The notes beneath the pieces were generated by a model. It was not told the DNA's origin, did not search any database, and saw only the letters and a program-made list of their open reading frames with translations. From assembly GCA_047967505.1 (NCBI GenBank), contig CM106538.1: a stretch of DNA of 64,000 nt, one strand, 5' to 3'. Both the position numbers and the translations under genes were made by a program. Below are positions 22,205 through 36,397 of the stretch, piece after piece. How positions within the stretch are numbered: position 1 is the stretch's first letter; every line of letters starts with the position of its first letter. Source of the stretch: Dipteris shenzhenensis (Eukaryota).

Positions 22205-25200
22205 CATTTTATTAATGTCCGCGGAAGGCCTCGCGGGGTGCAAAATACACCAAAAGGGAAAAGAACTCATACAAGCCACAAAGGGTTGGAGCAAAGGGCG
22301 TGCTAAGACCCTTGTTGAGTACTATGCTGAAATAAAAATCTCAATAGCTCAAGCCAAATCAAGTACAAAACATATCATGTGCTATTTGAAGTAGGCTGGG
22401 AATTGGAGCTGGAACTCAAAATCCGAAACCCAGTATTGTGGTGGCTCATCTATGAGCAGTGAAAATGTCTCGGATCTACGTCTTTCGGGCTGTCTCATGC
22501 TATGATGGCGGAGGGGGATGTGGTCTCCTCGATCTCTGAACCCGCTGAGCTATGTTCAGAGTGACCCCTCGTCGTCTCAGGCGGTCTCCTCTGAGGAAAG
22601 CTATAATAGGTCTAACCTCAATATAGGGTGCTTTGGTCGCTCTCCGTGTCGTGGGTGGCTTGTGCAACCCTCACCCTCTCTCAGTAATCCATATTGCCTG
22701 GCTAGCTCCTGCTTCATCCCACTGTCTTGGACCTGACTCAAAAACATAGAAATCTGTGGCTCACCGCTGTGTCTGGTCAGCCTCTGTATCATGTGGTTTG
22801 ATCACCTCCTGCTGCTATCTAATCTGTCATAGCAGGATCTCCCTGTGTTGGCGCATCTCAAGCAGATAGAGCCCAATGCAGACCTGGTCATGGAAGTGGA
22901 TCAATCGTGATGGTGGGCAAAAGCCACTCCCATCTTGATAGAGACAGTGGAATCGCCCTCGGATCTCGTAGTAGGCTGGGCATGCGCGGAGAAAGTGCTC
23001 CTCGGTCTCAATCACTCCCAGTGTGCATAGCATGCAGATCCGCTGCTCTATGGGTATACGTGCTGCTCTCCCTCTCTCAATCCTCCGCTGATGGGATGAA
23101 ACCCGCATCTACCCAATAGCGATCCTCATTGCATGTGAGACTCCTCTGTCCTTGAGATATTGGGGTCTGATGATGAATCCCTCCTTCAAGACGCTCAGGA
23201 AGTGGTGGCAGTAGAATTGGGTCTTCGTGGGGAGCTCTCGATCTCTCCCCCAAGTCCGAGATGTGTGGAGGAGATAGAGATCTAACCGTATGATGCGGTT
23301 AATCTCATCTCGCGGAATCGACTCAGGGGGTGCATCCATATTGTATCGAAAGGAAGGGAGCCTATCTGTCTGAATCCCATGTTTGGCAAAGTATGTGGAT
23401 ATCCGTGCATACCAACTAATCTTTAGGATGACTCCAGGGCCAGCCTCGGTAGTCTCCAGTGGGATAGTACACAGACTCTATGAATGAATGTCACTGTCTG
23501 GAAGATGGCATCAATTTGTAGTGGTGTCATGGCGAACTCTGCTTGTACTGTCTCATGAGGGATTGAGGGCTTGCTCCAAATCATCCTAGATCCTATAGTC
23601 ACCTGTAGCCACTCAAATCTTCTCCACTATGCTATCGGTAGATCACAACACCAAAAGGATGCTGCATACATGGCAGTCGGTCGCACTAGCGCATCCAAGA
23701 GCCAACACTTCGTCGGTGGATCCTAAAAGTGTGCCTGGAAGCACTGTCTCTGCAATCCCGTGTGAGTCATGCATGGGCTGCATGTGTCGTAGTGAAAAGG
23801 GGTCCTGCGAAGACTACTCCCAAATATGTGTAGGATTGTACTATCTCCACTGGCTCATCTCGATAGGTGAAATTGAGTTGACGAAGCATTGCATGTGAGG
23901 TGTTGAAGAAAATAACCTTGGTCTTCCCAAGGTTGATTGTGAGGTCTCTCCTCTGCAAAACACCTCTAGGGCCTCCAAATGTCTGTGCAGCCCCTCTGCT
24001 GAGGATGAGATAAGGACAATGTCATCAGCGTATAGCAATATCTGTATCATGAGATCGGTCAATGGTGATACTTCACCTCCTAGTTGGTCTATGAAGGAAG
24101 TGATCTCATCAATGTAAAGCCCAAAAAGGGTCGGTGAGAGGGGGCAGCCCTGATTTACTATGATTGTACTTCCAACCCAAGAGGTGGGCTCTCGCCTCGC
24201 TGCACTCGTCGTTGAACCAAGGGTTTTGAGGCATCTTCCCATCTCGGATCCGCATGGATTGGGTCGTGGGAAAGCATCTGGTAGCAGCGTCCTATACCAC
24301 TCAGACAAGGGTGTCAGAGGCGTTGGTGAGGTCTATATCATCTCCAAGTAGGGCCAAGAGCTCCTTGGCTAGCTGACTCACGTACACTGGTTCAAGGGCA
24401 TAGTCAAAGTGGATCCGAATGCGTGTGGGCGTGGGGGGGCGCTCTCCCTGTGGCTGGCATGGTGGCAGAGATATGAAAGGCCGAGTACGAGTGCTCAGCT
24501 CGGAGTGGGGGGGGATATGGCGAAGTCGTGTATCTGTGAGACAAATTCTAGTGGGCCTAGTAGATAGTCCACTGTACTAGACCCACTGCCATGCGGGAAG
24601 CAAGTGAGTCTTACAGAGGATGGCCATCTATGAAGACCATTATGGATGATCAGGTCGTGGATAGCTCCCAGCTCAAGTAGATGTCGTCCATATCCTGTCA
24701 CCTGTGGGACATCTGCAGAGTGCATTGAAATCCCCCAGTAGGAGGATGTCTCCCTGTCTGAAGAACTCCAGGATGTCATCGTGGATCGTCTCATATGGAC
24801 TGTGTCCGTCTATAGTGACCTCTCGTGCATAGGATGACATGTCTCGAGGGAAATAGCTGAATTCGTATCCACATGTGTCGTGCATGCTCCTCTCTCCGAA
24901 CCACAGGTATGAGTGGTCTCAAGTCCCCCCCCTCCTTGGAGCCTCATACTATGCTATCTTTCCTCAATTTGCTCCTGTGGGCTGACTCCCAAGCATATCT
25001 TTTCACTGTAGGCAGCCCTCTCTCAGGGCTCTCATGTGTCTCAGTGTAGAAGATCAGGTCTCTTTCAGTGTATATCTCTGAGAAGCCCCCAGTGTTGGAC
25101 GAGAGGGTGCCATTGCAATTCCACACCGCTATCTTAAGCTTATTGTGTGCTCTCATTTCATGGGTCTGACACCGTCATGTGTTGTTCAATACACCTTCTT

Positions 25201-25905
25201 CTGACACTATTGTGTCACTGACGGGGGGGGAGAGAGAAAAAAGCAAAGGCTATTGAGGATGTTGCAAAGGTTGTTGTGGATGTTCCTAGGCCATCAGATT
25301 GTGGCTATGATTCATCTAGAAGTGATTATTTGGATAGTGAGTTGGGTGTACCTTCAGTGTGTACACCTTGAGCAAAGGGAAGTAGGTACATACCTCCTCA
25401 TGAAAGAGGAGAATCAAGCAACACATCATAGCTACGAAGGTCATAGAGAGTTAGATATCTAGAGATAAGTTAACTTGTAGTTTTTTGCTCTCTCAGATAA
25501 TCACCTTACCGTCTCTATAGGCTGCCCATTTCCCTTCTTGCCTTGCTGCCATATCTTGCACCATCCCCTCCCTCTTGTGCTGTTGCTGTAGGAGTGTGAG
25601 ATCATCATTCAAAAAGATTTTGGTGCCCTTCCATGCAAGCATATCTGCCTTCCCCTTCGTGATTTGCTGTGCGAACTCAGCATGTTTCCCCTGCATAGTG
25701 GCTTGTAAGGCTGCCATTTCCTTCTTGAGCTGCTCATTCTCAGATTTCAGCGCATCAATGAGCTTACATCCCTGTTCTGAGGTCCCCTTTGTGTCCTTGA
25801 ACTGCTTCATTTGCTCTTTGATACGATTCAGTTCTTCTTGGATAGGTGGCTGAAGCTGCCCTTCCTCCCAATGTGCAGCTGCCTTCAACTTCTCATTCTC
25901 ATCCT

Positions 25906-25936
<31 letters not shown>

Positions 25937-26510
25937 ATGTAAGTGTATGAGTGTTTGGGTGTAATGATGATGTGTGCGAGAGAGGAAATGAGTTAAAGAG
26001 GGTATTCTCTTGTGTGTGCGCGTGCATGTGTGTGAAGTAAGTGAATAATGTGTGGGGGAAAGAAGAGATGCCTGATTGTATGAGTGTGTATGTGAGTGTA
26101 TGCATAGAGCCGTGTGAGTGTGAATGTGAGTGAGTAATAGAGTAAGAATGCTAGAGGGCTAGTCAGGTAGGCAGTGCAAGTGCTAAGGGCAAGAGGTAGT
26201 GCAGGTGTGAGTGGATTGGAGAGGCATTGCAAGTGTGCCAAACAAGAGAGACATCAATGTGCAGTGGTTGCCATACAGTTACTACAGCATCCATATTGGC
26301 TGTATAAGTTAGTAGTGATAGGAACGAGAAGCAAAATGGTAGGTTGTGGATGGAAGCAAAACAGCTAAGGGCAGAAATGGGGTTGAGGGGCCAACCTACG
26401 GCAAAAGGGCAGGAGGAGAGGCAGAGTGAGGAGGGAAAAATTGGAGGTAATGAGAGGTGTGGGCAATTCAAGGAGGAGGCGGGCTGAGGTGAGATGATAG
26501 GTCAGTCGAG
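22205..26510 (-). mobile_element. Near full-length but decayed RTE-X/CR1-L2-like LINE with ORF1 and ORF2
   Basis: ORF1 C-term KGTKIFLNDDLTLLQ...EGKWAAYRDGKVII (25493-25888); APE KIAVWNCNG...DLIFYTETH, LLLGDFNA, STVDYLLG; RT QGCPLSPTLFGLYID...LLYADD; CCHC 22827-23108; internal deletion between linker and RT; 5' end approximate. Confidence 0.88.
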
Positions 26511-26679
26511 GAGCTCAGAGTTTTGTTTTGCTTACCTCTGATATTTCTGCACTTGGATTTTTTCATTCCAAATGTTTGGTACATTTAACTAAAAGCAATA
26601 TATTGGTGAGCATGAATGGAAAGTATTGACCAAGAGTATGCTCCTTAGAACGCATAGCACGAAGTAATTGATTCTAGAC

Positions 26680-27175
26680 TTTTATTTTTTCAAGAAAGAG
26701 ACTTAAATTAAGTATGAAAAAAGCCTATAAGAGCTAGCTTAGAGCAAAAATACATCATGCATGGCATGAACAAAAAAACCACCCAGAACGTCAACAGGAA
26801 ACTTCAGTAGAAATGGGAATGAAAACAAGGAACACCTCAGTCCTGCTATAGACTATGTAAAGAAGGGAGAGCCCCTCCATTCCCTAAGAAAAATATCCCT
26901 CCTGGCAGAGGCTGCCCGGGAGGAACCTTGCATGGTTGCCCAACTGGCCATCAAAATATGTATGGTATCAGTCCATATGCTGGCCATTGTGTCAGAGGCA
27001 TGAACCTGAGATTCATCCTATCATCTATGCCTCTGTGCATCTGGCTTTCCAGATATGCCATGGTGCAATATTCGCTAGTATCTCCCACAAGGTATCCACA
27101 GAAGCATGCACAGGTTTGAAGTGGGATAAGGGAGATTGTAGTCTGACCGTGCATGGGAAGGATCTTTGGTGACTA
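26680..27175 (-). mobile_element. L1 ORF2 3' fragment
   Basis: Minus frame LWEILANIAPWHIWKARC (WxIWKxRC motif of plant L1 C-terminus) and A-rich end near 26680. Confidence 0.6.
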
Positions 27176-27179
27176 ATGC

Positions 27180-28030
27180 TGTGAAAGAGTCATATCTAGG
27201 ATGGAAGCAAGTACAAAATTCACTGCACGATTTTGGCAATTAGTGTTTCAAAACTTTGAGTTCACTCTTAGTATGAATTCTTTTGATCATCCTGAATCAG
27301 ATGGTCAATCTGAGCGAACAAATCAAAGTATAGAAGACATGCTAAGGGCATATATTTCCAAATGATAGTCTGAGTGGGAAAGGTGTCTTCCAATTATCGT
27401 GTTACATATAATAGCAATAAGCATTCAGCACTCAGATCCCTTATGCTTATGTATGCGTATCAACCAAGATCCTGTATTGCCATTAGCTTACAGAATCCAA
27501 GATAAGGATCGCTGCATATTTTTTGCAAGATATGCAAAATATGCTTCATTAAGCTAAAGAGAGTATCAGGAGTGCTCAAGGAAGATCACGATTCTAATCA
27601 TGGTAAATCACCTTGGACTGTGCAAGAACGCATGTGGGTATAAATTGAGAAACCAAACACTTGAAGACTACAAGTACCCGGTAGGCATTATAAGCTGTCA
27701 TTGGCCATATTCGAAAATTATTGATGAAGCCTTATAAACTAGAACTCCTTGAGAGGATCAAGGTTCATCCTGTGATCGTCTCAAAGAGACTTTCTGAACA
27801 CGACAGTTTAGTCTCAAATGAAGAGCTGGTCTGAATGGACCATATGAATTGGAGTTGGTTCTCAGTTAAAGGGCTAGGCAACTCAGAAATCATATTTGCT
27901 GTGAATACTTTGTTATATGGAAAGGTAGATCAGAAGATGATTATTCTTGGGAGGTGTAGATAGTATTCAAAATCGGTCCCCAACTTTTCATTTACGAGGA
28001 CATAAATATCTGCAAACAAGGAAAGAATGT
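27180..28030 (+). mobile_element. Old Gypsy chromovirus integrase + chromodomain remnant
   Basis: HPESDGQSERTNQSIEDMLRAY (~27290) and EYFVIWKGRSEDDYSWE (~27903); many stops and frameshifts. Confidence 0.8.
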
Positions 28031-28963
28031 TTTGTCCCAATTATGGTGAGTTTGTACCTAACCTGACAATGGGTGTCGATAGGCATTGGGGGTGTCTTGT
28101 TGGTATGGGACGCAGGGCTTACTAACAAAAGATTAAGCTCAGGTGAAGATTTTGACCTTCAGCTCTGGGTTGGCCCAAGCTGTCGTTGGGAGGTGACTCC
28201 AATGCCAAGACTCGCAGTTGTTGAGTCATCTATCTAAGGATGATAACGACACGAGGTGGTTTATTGGGCTGTAACTTGAACAACTTTACTGGAATACCTC
28301 ATCAATGGTGCATTATCAGAAGACAAGGCATCATTGAGGTCCAAAAGTATTCTACAAAGTGATTTCAGTTAAATCAGCTAACCTCCCTATTCAGAGCCTA
28401 CAGCTCTCACCATGCAGATTGTAAAGAAATACTTAAAAGCAGGTAGGGATAGTCGTAAGGTGTTACTAGTTTGGTTAGTGGGAACTGTCAGTTGGCAGTG
28501 ACCCAGGGTGTGAATCAGTGATTCTCCTCTTATGTTATGCTGTCTACACATATATATCCTTCATTTTTATCTCAATGAGGTAAGAGCTTATGCATTGTAT
28601 TCTGTCAGCCCTTTTGAATTTAAAAATGGCTTCTTTTCTCTATTATTATCAGTGGAACTTTCAGATACATATTTTTTGTCCTTTTTAGGACTGAAACTAC
28701 TCCACCTGTTACTTCCTGTCCAGCCCTTTATTGGAGTTGATGGCTTCTAGCTTACTAGAAAGTACCTTGCTTTCTTCTGCACTATCAAATGTTATGCATT
28801 AGATTCATGGCCCATGGGATAGGCAACTCCCATCTCATTATTCATAATGTGCTTGTTATGCTTAGATTTGCATCCTTAAATTCCATTAAAAGAACCAGAT
28901 GCTCTCTTTGAAGAGTATAAATGTTGATATATAGTCTTATGCATTGTTATGGACATTACTCAG

Positions 28964-29092
28964 GGAACATTCAACCATACGAGCAGAGATAATTGCACGC
29001 AGGGAGAGGCAAAGGCTGGCCTGCCGTGATCGGCAATTAGCTTTGGAAGAGGTGGCTTTAAAAGAGATGGAACTTCTGGAAGAACTTGACAG
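28964..29092 (+). CDS. Host gene, coding exon n-3 (coiled-coil C-terminal region of a conserved uncharacterised plant protein)
   Basis: AG acceptor 28962-63, GT donor 29093; EHSTIRAEIIARRERQRLACRDRQLALEEVALKEMELLEELD; phase matches the next exon. Confidence 0.85.
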
Positions 29093-29223
29093 GTTTTCAC
29101 AATATGATCTCCCTTGTACTTCTAACAAGATAGAGCACTTGGAATCAGGGGTGAGTTGGAAAATGGACAAGGAAATGATCATGTGGAACTCGTATAATTT
29201 ATTCGTGCTCTTGTACTTGACAG

Positions 29224-29341
29224 GGAAAAAGCAGCCGAAGCAGAACGAGAAATTGAAAGACGCAGGATTCTGGAGAAGGAGCGTGCTAAAACCAGAGAGT
29301 TGAGGCACGCTTTAGATATGGAGGCAGAGAAACGTACCCAG
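29224..29341 (+). CDS. Host gene, coding exon n-2
   Basis: CAG acceptor, GTAAAT donor; (R)EKAAEAEREIERRRILEKERAKTRELRHALDMEAEKRTQ. Confidence 0.9.
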
Positions 29342-30251
29342 GTAAATTGTTGGAAAGACAGAAGAAGGTTTTTGAATTGATAAATCTCGCTTGCAAGCCA
29401 TGTTGAGATGGTTCACAGTTTTTGAATCAGAACAGTTGTGTGGGACTTATTTTTAACCAGTTGTCAGGTTTTGGATACCCATTTTGCACATTTACTGTTG
29501 ATGTAACATGAAAAAACTTAAGTGGTGTGAGTTGTGTCTCTGTTATCTTATGTCAGTTAGGAATACTCCAGAATCATTGAATCTCCAATCATTTTGAACT
29601 GTCGCCAGCTGTTGGCTTATCCTGGGAAGCTTGAGTGGAATCAGGCTTGCAGTATATAAACATTCTATAATATAATGTCTTGTGCTTGCACAGATCAGCT
29701 TTTCACATTTGACATGAAATACAGAAATCTAGCAGGCTATCTTGCTATGGCTTTGTGCTACCTTCAATAGGAGTGCAAAGTTACAGAATCTATGTGACGC
29801 TGAAATTCAAAATGCACCCAGGAAAGAGGCACTTTGAAAAGTAGGTGCCTGGTTGCCCCACAACTTCTATGAGGGTGGATAGGCTTAAAATACACTGCTT
29901 TGGTTGAAGCTATGAAATGGTGAGAGTAAGTAGCAGTTCAATCTAATCACGGGACACCTCTGGAGCTTTGTGGTAATCTGTTTATGGTTGCAAAAAGTCC
30001 CTGGCCTTGGCGCTTGATAGTGCGGTCTCCTGGTTTTGTCCTCTTCTTTTTGGCCTGTCCTACTTTGTTTGAGAATTCTAAATGATGAGTGCTGAATCCT
30101 GATACTTCTTTGCATTGTACCCAATAAAATAGTCTTTTTGATCTTTTTAGTTATCTAATTCTGGATTTGATAAGTTCCAAGCTCTTGTACCCCAACCCAC
30201 CTTTTTTTTTCCCAAAAAAATTGATTGAGATTGTAAATTTGTTCATTCCAG

Positions 30252-30337
30252 AGAGATCTACAGAGAGAGCTAGAGCAAAGAGAATCAGGTGTGATCCGGT
30301 CATCACGCAGGGAATTTTCAAGCTCTACAAGTAGCAG
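30252..30337 (+). CDS. Host gene, coding exon n-1
   Basis: TTCCAG acceptor, GTAGAC donor; RDLQRELEQRESGVIRSSRREFSSSTSS. Confidence 0.88.
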
Positions 30338-30533
30338 GTAGACCAAGTGAACCATTCTTTCCAGTTCAGATAATCAATATTGTTGATTTAGCATGCATTC
30401 TGAGGGCAGGACAATGGACAGGCTACAATTTTCTTGAAAGGGTTTACTGACTATTTGAATGGGTGCAGAACTTAATATAAATGCTCACAAAGTTGTGCAT
30501 GCAATTGACTTTTTATGGGCTGTTTCACTGCAG

Positions 30534-30975
30534 TCGACCCAGGGAGAGGTACCGCGAGAGGGAAAGTGGAAGATCTGGCCAGGAATCACGACCCAGCAGT
30601 AGTGGTGGAATTAATCGTGAAAACAGCACAACACCACCTGCAACACCAACTGCAGGTGCTCCCATATCTGTGTCTTCGAGTCTTCCATCAATTGTGATAG
30701 CATCTTCAAGCATTTCCAGCAAGGCATATCCTGGACAATCTTTAGCTTTGTCTCAGAGCCATGATCGAATGGACGACAGGGGGTATGATGAAAGTCTTGA
30801 TGGAGTAGGGCTCAGTGGTGAAGGAAGCAGTTACGGAGATATGGAAGCGGGGATGATTGATCCTGGCAGTGGGAGTCAGAGACAAGGTCCTCGGACGTCT
30901 AGACCAAGGCAGATAATTGAACGGAGGGAGAGGGAGAGCAGGCGGGAAGGTAAATGGGAAAGAAAGCAGACTTAA
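30534..30975 (+). CDS. Host gene, last coding exon, ending ...ERRERESRREGKWERKQT*
   Basis: CTGCAG acceptor; in phase with previous exon; RPRERYRERE...REGKWERK. From memory this C-terminus matches a large plant-conserved uncharacterised protein (N-terminal galactose-binding-like domain, ARM-type fold); not verified by search. Confidence 0.88.
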
Positions 30976-31649
30976 GTTGTACAAGATGTATCAAAGTCTA
31001 CTAATCATGAGGTCATCCCTTTCCTGCTAGTGGGGAAAAAACGAGAGCCTCCTTGCTATATAGCAAGTTCGGTTTATCCCCATTTTTTAAGGCATAAAAA
31101 AGGAAGAAGGGTTTGGCGTGTATCTGAACATGCTAACATTTGGTTTGGCACCTGTCTATCCCAAAGGGATCCATAGGGCCATTTGTCTTGTAATATAAAT
31201 AAGGAACATTACTGCACCTTTTGTATGAATACCTTTGTTCATACCAATGATTCCTTATGAGTACAAGCAACCTGATTCACATTCAAAGCCTTGTTTTCAA
31301 ACATCCCAACATGTACTAGCAGCCATGGAATCTTGGAAATGCCTCGGTCACAAGTTCATACAAGTACAATGTAAATTTTAAGTCAGCAGGCATTATGGAA
31401 GCACTCTGCTCAAATCCAGTAGTCACGGGGGAAGCTCTTATCAAGATCATATTTTAACACATGAATTCCACTTTCCTTTTATACAATGCCTGAACTATTC
31501 CCAGAGGCCAACAGTAGCACTGCTCGATATTGTATATTTTTGTGTAATATGCTTTTGCACAGCCGAAGGGGACAGTTTAAAAAAGGTTTTGTAAATGCAA
31601 CAGTGTGCCTCACAACATTGTTTAGGTTCTCATTTCATTTAGCTGTAGA

Positions 31650-32131
31650 ATTGTAAATAATTATGGCGGATCCAACGAGTAGAGCAAGAGACACAGCAGA
31701 CTTGCCAGCGGGTTGAGGCACAAATTAGACTGGGGGACCTTCCCTCCATGCTTACCAGATCGGGAACACGATCGATGGGAGTGACAGTGGTATTGGTTTG
31801 CCACAGTGCCAGAGGTAGGAGACTGCAGCGGACCAACTTACTAACAGCTGTCAGTGCTCTATCACAGGCTTTTTGCCATCCCAACCCCCTCTTAGGCTTG
31901 ACATACCGGCCAGCTTCTAGATGACCACGACAGTGTCACCAGCCTCCATCCTCTCTATGCGCGCTGAGACTTTTCAGATTTCTCTCTTTCTGTATTGGTC
32001 TCGTTATGATTATGGCTCTTTCTTGGTATGTGTCATGGGTGTTGATGCCTGTTTAGGGGCTCACCCCTTCAGCTCTTATATCAATCTCTCATTCTCAATG
32101 CTCATAGACCCTTTGGTCTTTCAAAGACTTG

Positions 32132-32164
<33 letters not shown>
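31650..32164 (+). mobile_element. LINE 3' fragment with (CT)n tail
   Basis: Similar to 3830-4180; CTCATAGACCCTTTGGTCTTTCAAAGACTT then (CT)n at 32135-32164. Confidence 0.7.
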
Positions 32165-32167
<3 letters not shown>

Positions 32168-33539
32168 ATGATTGGCAACACTTACAGCCAAGATTTATGG
32201 ATCGGTATTAGAGCAATCATTGAGTAGTAGTAAAGATCCAATAGGGCTCGCAAATTAGTGACTGAAGGATCTCACACCTCCACCATTGCCATTAAAACCT
32301 GGTTAGCTTCATTGAGAAACCGCAACAGACCACACACGCTGATCCTTGCTAGCACTCTATCACCGGTTTTATGCCATCCTAGCCTCGTATATCACCAAGG
32401 CTTCTCATGGGCTTGACCCCTCCACCAACATTCAGAGGACCACTGCAATGATACCACTCCCTGGACTCACATTTTCTGGACTATTGTTTTTGGGTTTATG
32501 TTGCACTTGTCTTGGGTGTAGATGCCCGCATAGAGGCTCCACCCATTCAGCTTATTGTATCCAGTCTTTTTGTGTAACTGAAATTTAGAATTTAGAAAAT
32601 ATTTTGCAATGACTTGGGAATTGACCTTAGGTAGAACTAATGTAACCTAGGTTGAGAGTTGATTGTGGTTACTTAGAATTCGCCATGGTAATGGTGACTA
32701 ACCCAAGATTAAACCTAGTAACAAAGGAGAGAACTCTTCTCCTTGTAAGATCTACCTCAAGATCTGCAAAAGTTCTCCTCTTTGTGAGAGCCTTCTTTCT
32801 TCTTTCTTTGATCAAAACACCATTTAAGTTTTTTTGTAAAGCTTAACATGTGCATAAATTATTGTAAGTTCTTTACAAACGAGTATAAGTCCTTTACAAA
32901 ACTTAACATGTACATAAATCCCTGGGACACCAACTCAATATGTAATATGTTACTACCCTTGTCCAAAATCTAGGGTATGGGAGGACAAGGTTCATATAAA
33001 ATATGCAAAAAACATTTCAAATATGCAAGGGAAAAAAATTGAAAATCTCATGTTCTCCCTCTCATAAAATGTAAGGTATATATCTCTAAAAATATGCAAT
33101 ATTTTTAGATTTATACATATTTTCATAATATGTGAGGCCAAGGGGGGGGGTTAATGTAGCTTTTTCATGTCTTACCTAAATTTTAAGGTATTAAGATATA
33201 TTTAAAGCTCTTTTAGTGTAGAACACAACCATGCTAATTTGAATAATTTATACTCATGGCATATTGTTAAATTCATCTCATACGCAAGATTTTGATAGGT
33301 ATTCTTACTAAAGGGAGTTGGCGTTCCAAGCATAAATCATACAAATGAGCATAGCTTGAGCTATAGGAATAAAAGTCTTAACTTTTAAAGCCAAAATGTT
33401 AATTATTATTGATGGGAGGATCATCAAAACTTTATTTTGTCAAAATTGCAAAACGATAAGTTCTTGTGGTGGTTCACACTTGGTACTACTATATCATGCA
33501 TATATCTTCAAATTCCTCTTGTAGTGTTATTATGAACTT

Positions 33540-35400
33540 GTACAAGGCAATAGGTCAATCTTTGTAGGGGAGTAAAGGCCTAAAGCTTTGTGGAACGCTT
33601 CAACCCTCGAGGCAATGTACTTATAAATAAGATCAACTCTGCATGCAAGCTTTCTCTGTCATAATGATAATAACTCTATTTGCTTGCTACATGCATAAAA
33701 GAGTAGATATCGTGTCATAGCCACAACGCTTTGGCTATTAGTGAGAATGATAGTGGGTGTCTATTGACACTTATGAAGATCAGCACAATTTTCTTGAGCT
33801 AACATGCTCAAAAAGACGCCCTTATTAGGATTGATTTCTTGTTGTATGGCTTCTTGTCAATGTTCATGTTCTTGGGCCTCGTCATAAGAGTCTTGCTCAT
33901 CGGCATCATAAAAACTACTCATGCAAGCCATACTTGCATATTCTTTAGCATTTTGGGAACCAAAAACTCGTGTGCTGTTGGGAAGACAACTTGAGAGTTT
34001 ACTCTCCTACAAAGTAGAGGCCAACTCACAAGGCATTGCTCTAGTCTTCTTGAGCTACTTCCTCGACATCATGTGGCACAATGGGCTGATTTTTAGCACT
34101 AACGTGCTGTATATTAAGCATTCTTGGTGGCTAATTAATTTTGATATCTAAATCCAATGGAAGTAGTCCCTCAACATATCTTATGAGTCATCTTGGAAGT
34201 GCTTATTGACTTCATTGTAAAGATGCTATCTCTTGCTAGTACTTTCAATCCTAGTCTTTATATCATACAAGGCCTCAAATGGAGTAATGGTCTTTAGGGG
34301 ATTCAGTAGGGCATCTATTCAAGATGTGCTATACCCAATAGCTTCTGTTTAAAATTTATGAGCCAAAACCTTACCTTCAATCATACATCTATCCATCCCA
34401 CTAGTGACATGTTCCTTTTTTTTCTTCAATACCATTCTAATGTGGTGTGTATGGCATGGTGCATTGGTGTGTAATGCCTTTCTCATCCAACTATTCCTTA
34501 AAAAGCATCAAACATATATTGCCCCCCTTAATCTCCACAGAGGGTTTACATGTTGCAACCTATTTCATTTTCAATCCTTGCAACAAAATGCTAAAAACAC
34601 AAACTTTTTATTTTAAAGGGTATGCCCAAGAAAAACTTGAGTAATCATCAATGAAGGTCACAAAATAAGGATGCTTTCCAAGTGATGGTGTCCTCATGGG
34701 ACCACACACCCACCACACATTACTATTAAATAAGTCATGATTCTTAAAGATGCTTTCCAAGCAATCATCAATGAAGCTCGCAAAATAAAGATGCTTTCCA
34801 AGTGATGGTGTCCTCATGGGACCACACATCACTACAAATGAGTCAGTAGTAAGGATCCATATTTTGGTAAGGCATTCTCGTGCACTTTGCCCAAAATGCA
34901 TCTTTACATACATGTCTAGGTGGCATCTCCATGTGAGGCATAGGAATGAAGATACATCATTGTACTTAAAACTACAATGGTTCCACACTAGGAAAATATT
35001 TTAGGGGCCACTTAGGTCAATAATGAACAATCCCTTGGATGAAGATACACCCATGTGCCAAAAAATTGAACAAGCTACGAAAAGATTTTTGGGGACCATA
35101 AAGATCAACAATGAAGAACACAAATAAGGAAATGATTTCAAAAAATTTGACATACCGAGAACATTTGAGAGCCTACTTAGTCCCAATGAAATACTCTAAA
35201 TTCAAAGAAATGTTGTGGTTTTATAGATTGAGAATCCTAGTAAAAATATCTCCATGCTAGCTAAACATTAAAATTTGTTCTTATTGGTACATTGCGATGT
35301 ATGTCCAAATCCAACACACATGATGGGTCCTCAATTGGCGACCAATCAAGGAAACCCATATAGAGCCCTTTGCATGGGTTCAACTCACATCACTACAAAT
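33540..35400 (-). mobile_element. Highly decayed Copia pol remnant
   Basis: CGPMRTPSLGKH.YF..FIDD integrase motif present twice (34643-34708, 34763-34828); PFEALY-like and RNase H-like remnants; limits approximate. Confidence 0.7.
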
Positions 35401-36397
35401 TTAAGCGCCTTCTATTTTGATTAAATAGTGAAAGAAAAACCACCAAAGTAGCCAAATATATCCACACTATCATAATATATCTTGATGATGGGATAAACTT
35501 ATGAGTTGGTGGCAACAAACTTGGCTTGAATCAGATTCTAGATGGTTAGAGTATAAAGACTCATGCATTTAGTATCTATGTCAAAATTTTAATATTTGTC
35601 ATAGTATTGTATTATGCCCTTAGATATAATTGGAGTTTGAGTATGGAATATTTGTCTATATATTAAAACCAATAACTTCCATTGGATATAAAATTTCAAA
35701 TCCCCTCATAATTGTGTGGCATGTAATTACCTAGTTAAAAAACTCCCTTCTATAACTATCATGCCATGTTAGATGTTCATAAGATGAACACCATAGGGAT
35801 GAAAAAAGGAGGAAAATATAAATCTAGCTAGATAAAAATAAATATATGTGGAGCTAGTCTAGGGACTAAGGGTTACTACTTATATTTGATGATATTGACA
35901 TAGATCCTCTTCAAAAAACTTGGGGAGTGAATATATTCTCTCCTAATCAATATCTATAGGAAGAAAGGTAATAATGACACCAAAACCAGGGTGTCATTGG
36001 AAAGGAGATGAAAAGAAGGCCCATAACAAGGGGAATAAAAAGGTGATTAGACCTAATAAACTCAAGGTTGATATCCTTGAAGAGGTGGCTACAAACTTGG
36101 GAACAAATAAAACGAAGACTTCCCTAACGAGCAGCATACACTCTTCTATGATCAATCTACTTTTGTTCATAAAGAGCCAAGCATTTGATTATAAAAAAGA
36201 AGACTCAATGTCCAATACTTCATTAACAAATACTGAGGGAACAAAAGAAAAGATATTAATAATAACAATTGGTTCCAATTTCCCCATGCTAGTCATCATA
36301 ACCAAGGAAAATCATTGGGGTAAAGGCAATCAAAGAAGATTCTAAAACCATGGGTTTTCCACATTAGAAGAATATCGTGAATTATCCATAAGCTATT

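Noticed and set aside
28944-29303. 119-aa ORF as a single-exon gene
   Set aside because: It reads from an exon into intron; splicing at 29092/29224 gives a coherent protein.
30481-30533. ATG at 30481 as gene start
   Set aside because: Intronic; acceptor at 30533 joins in phase to the upstream exon.
34643-34828. Duplicated integrase motif as novel domain repeat
   Set aside because: Local duplication in a heavily decayed Copia.
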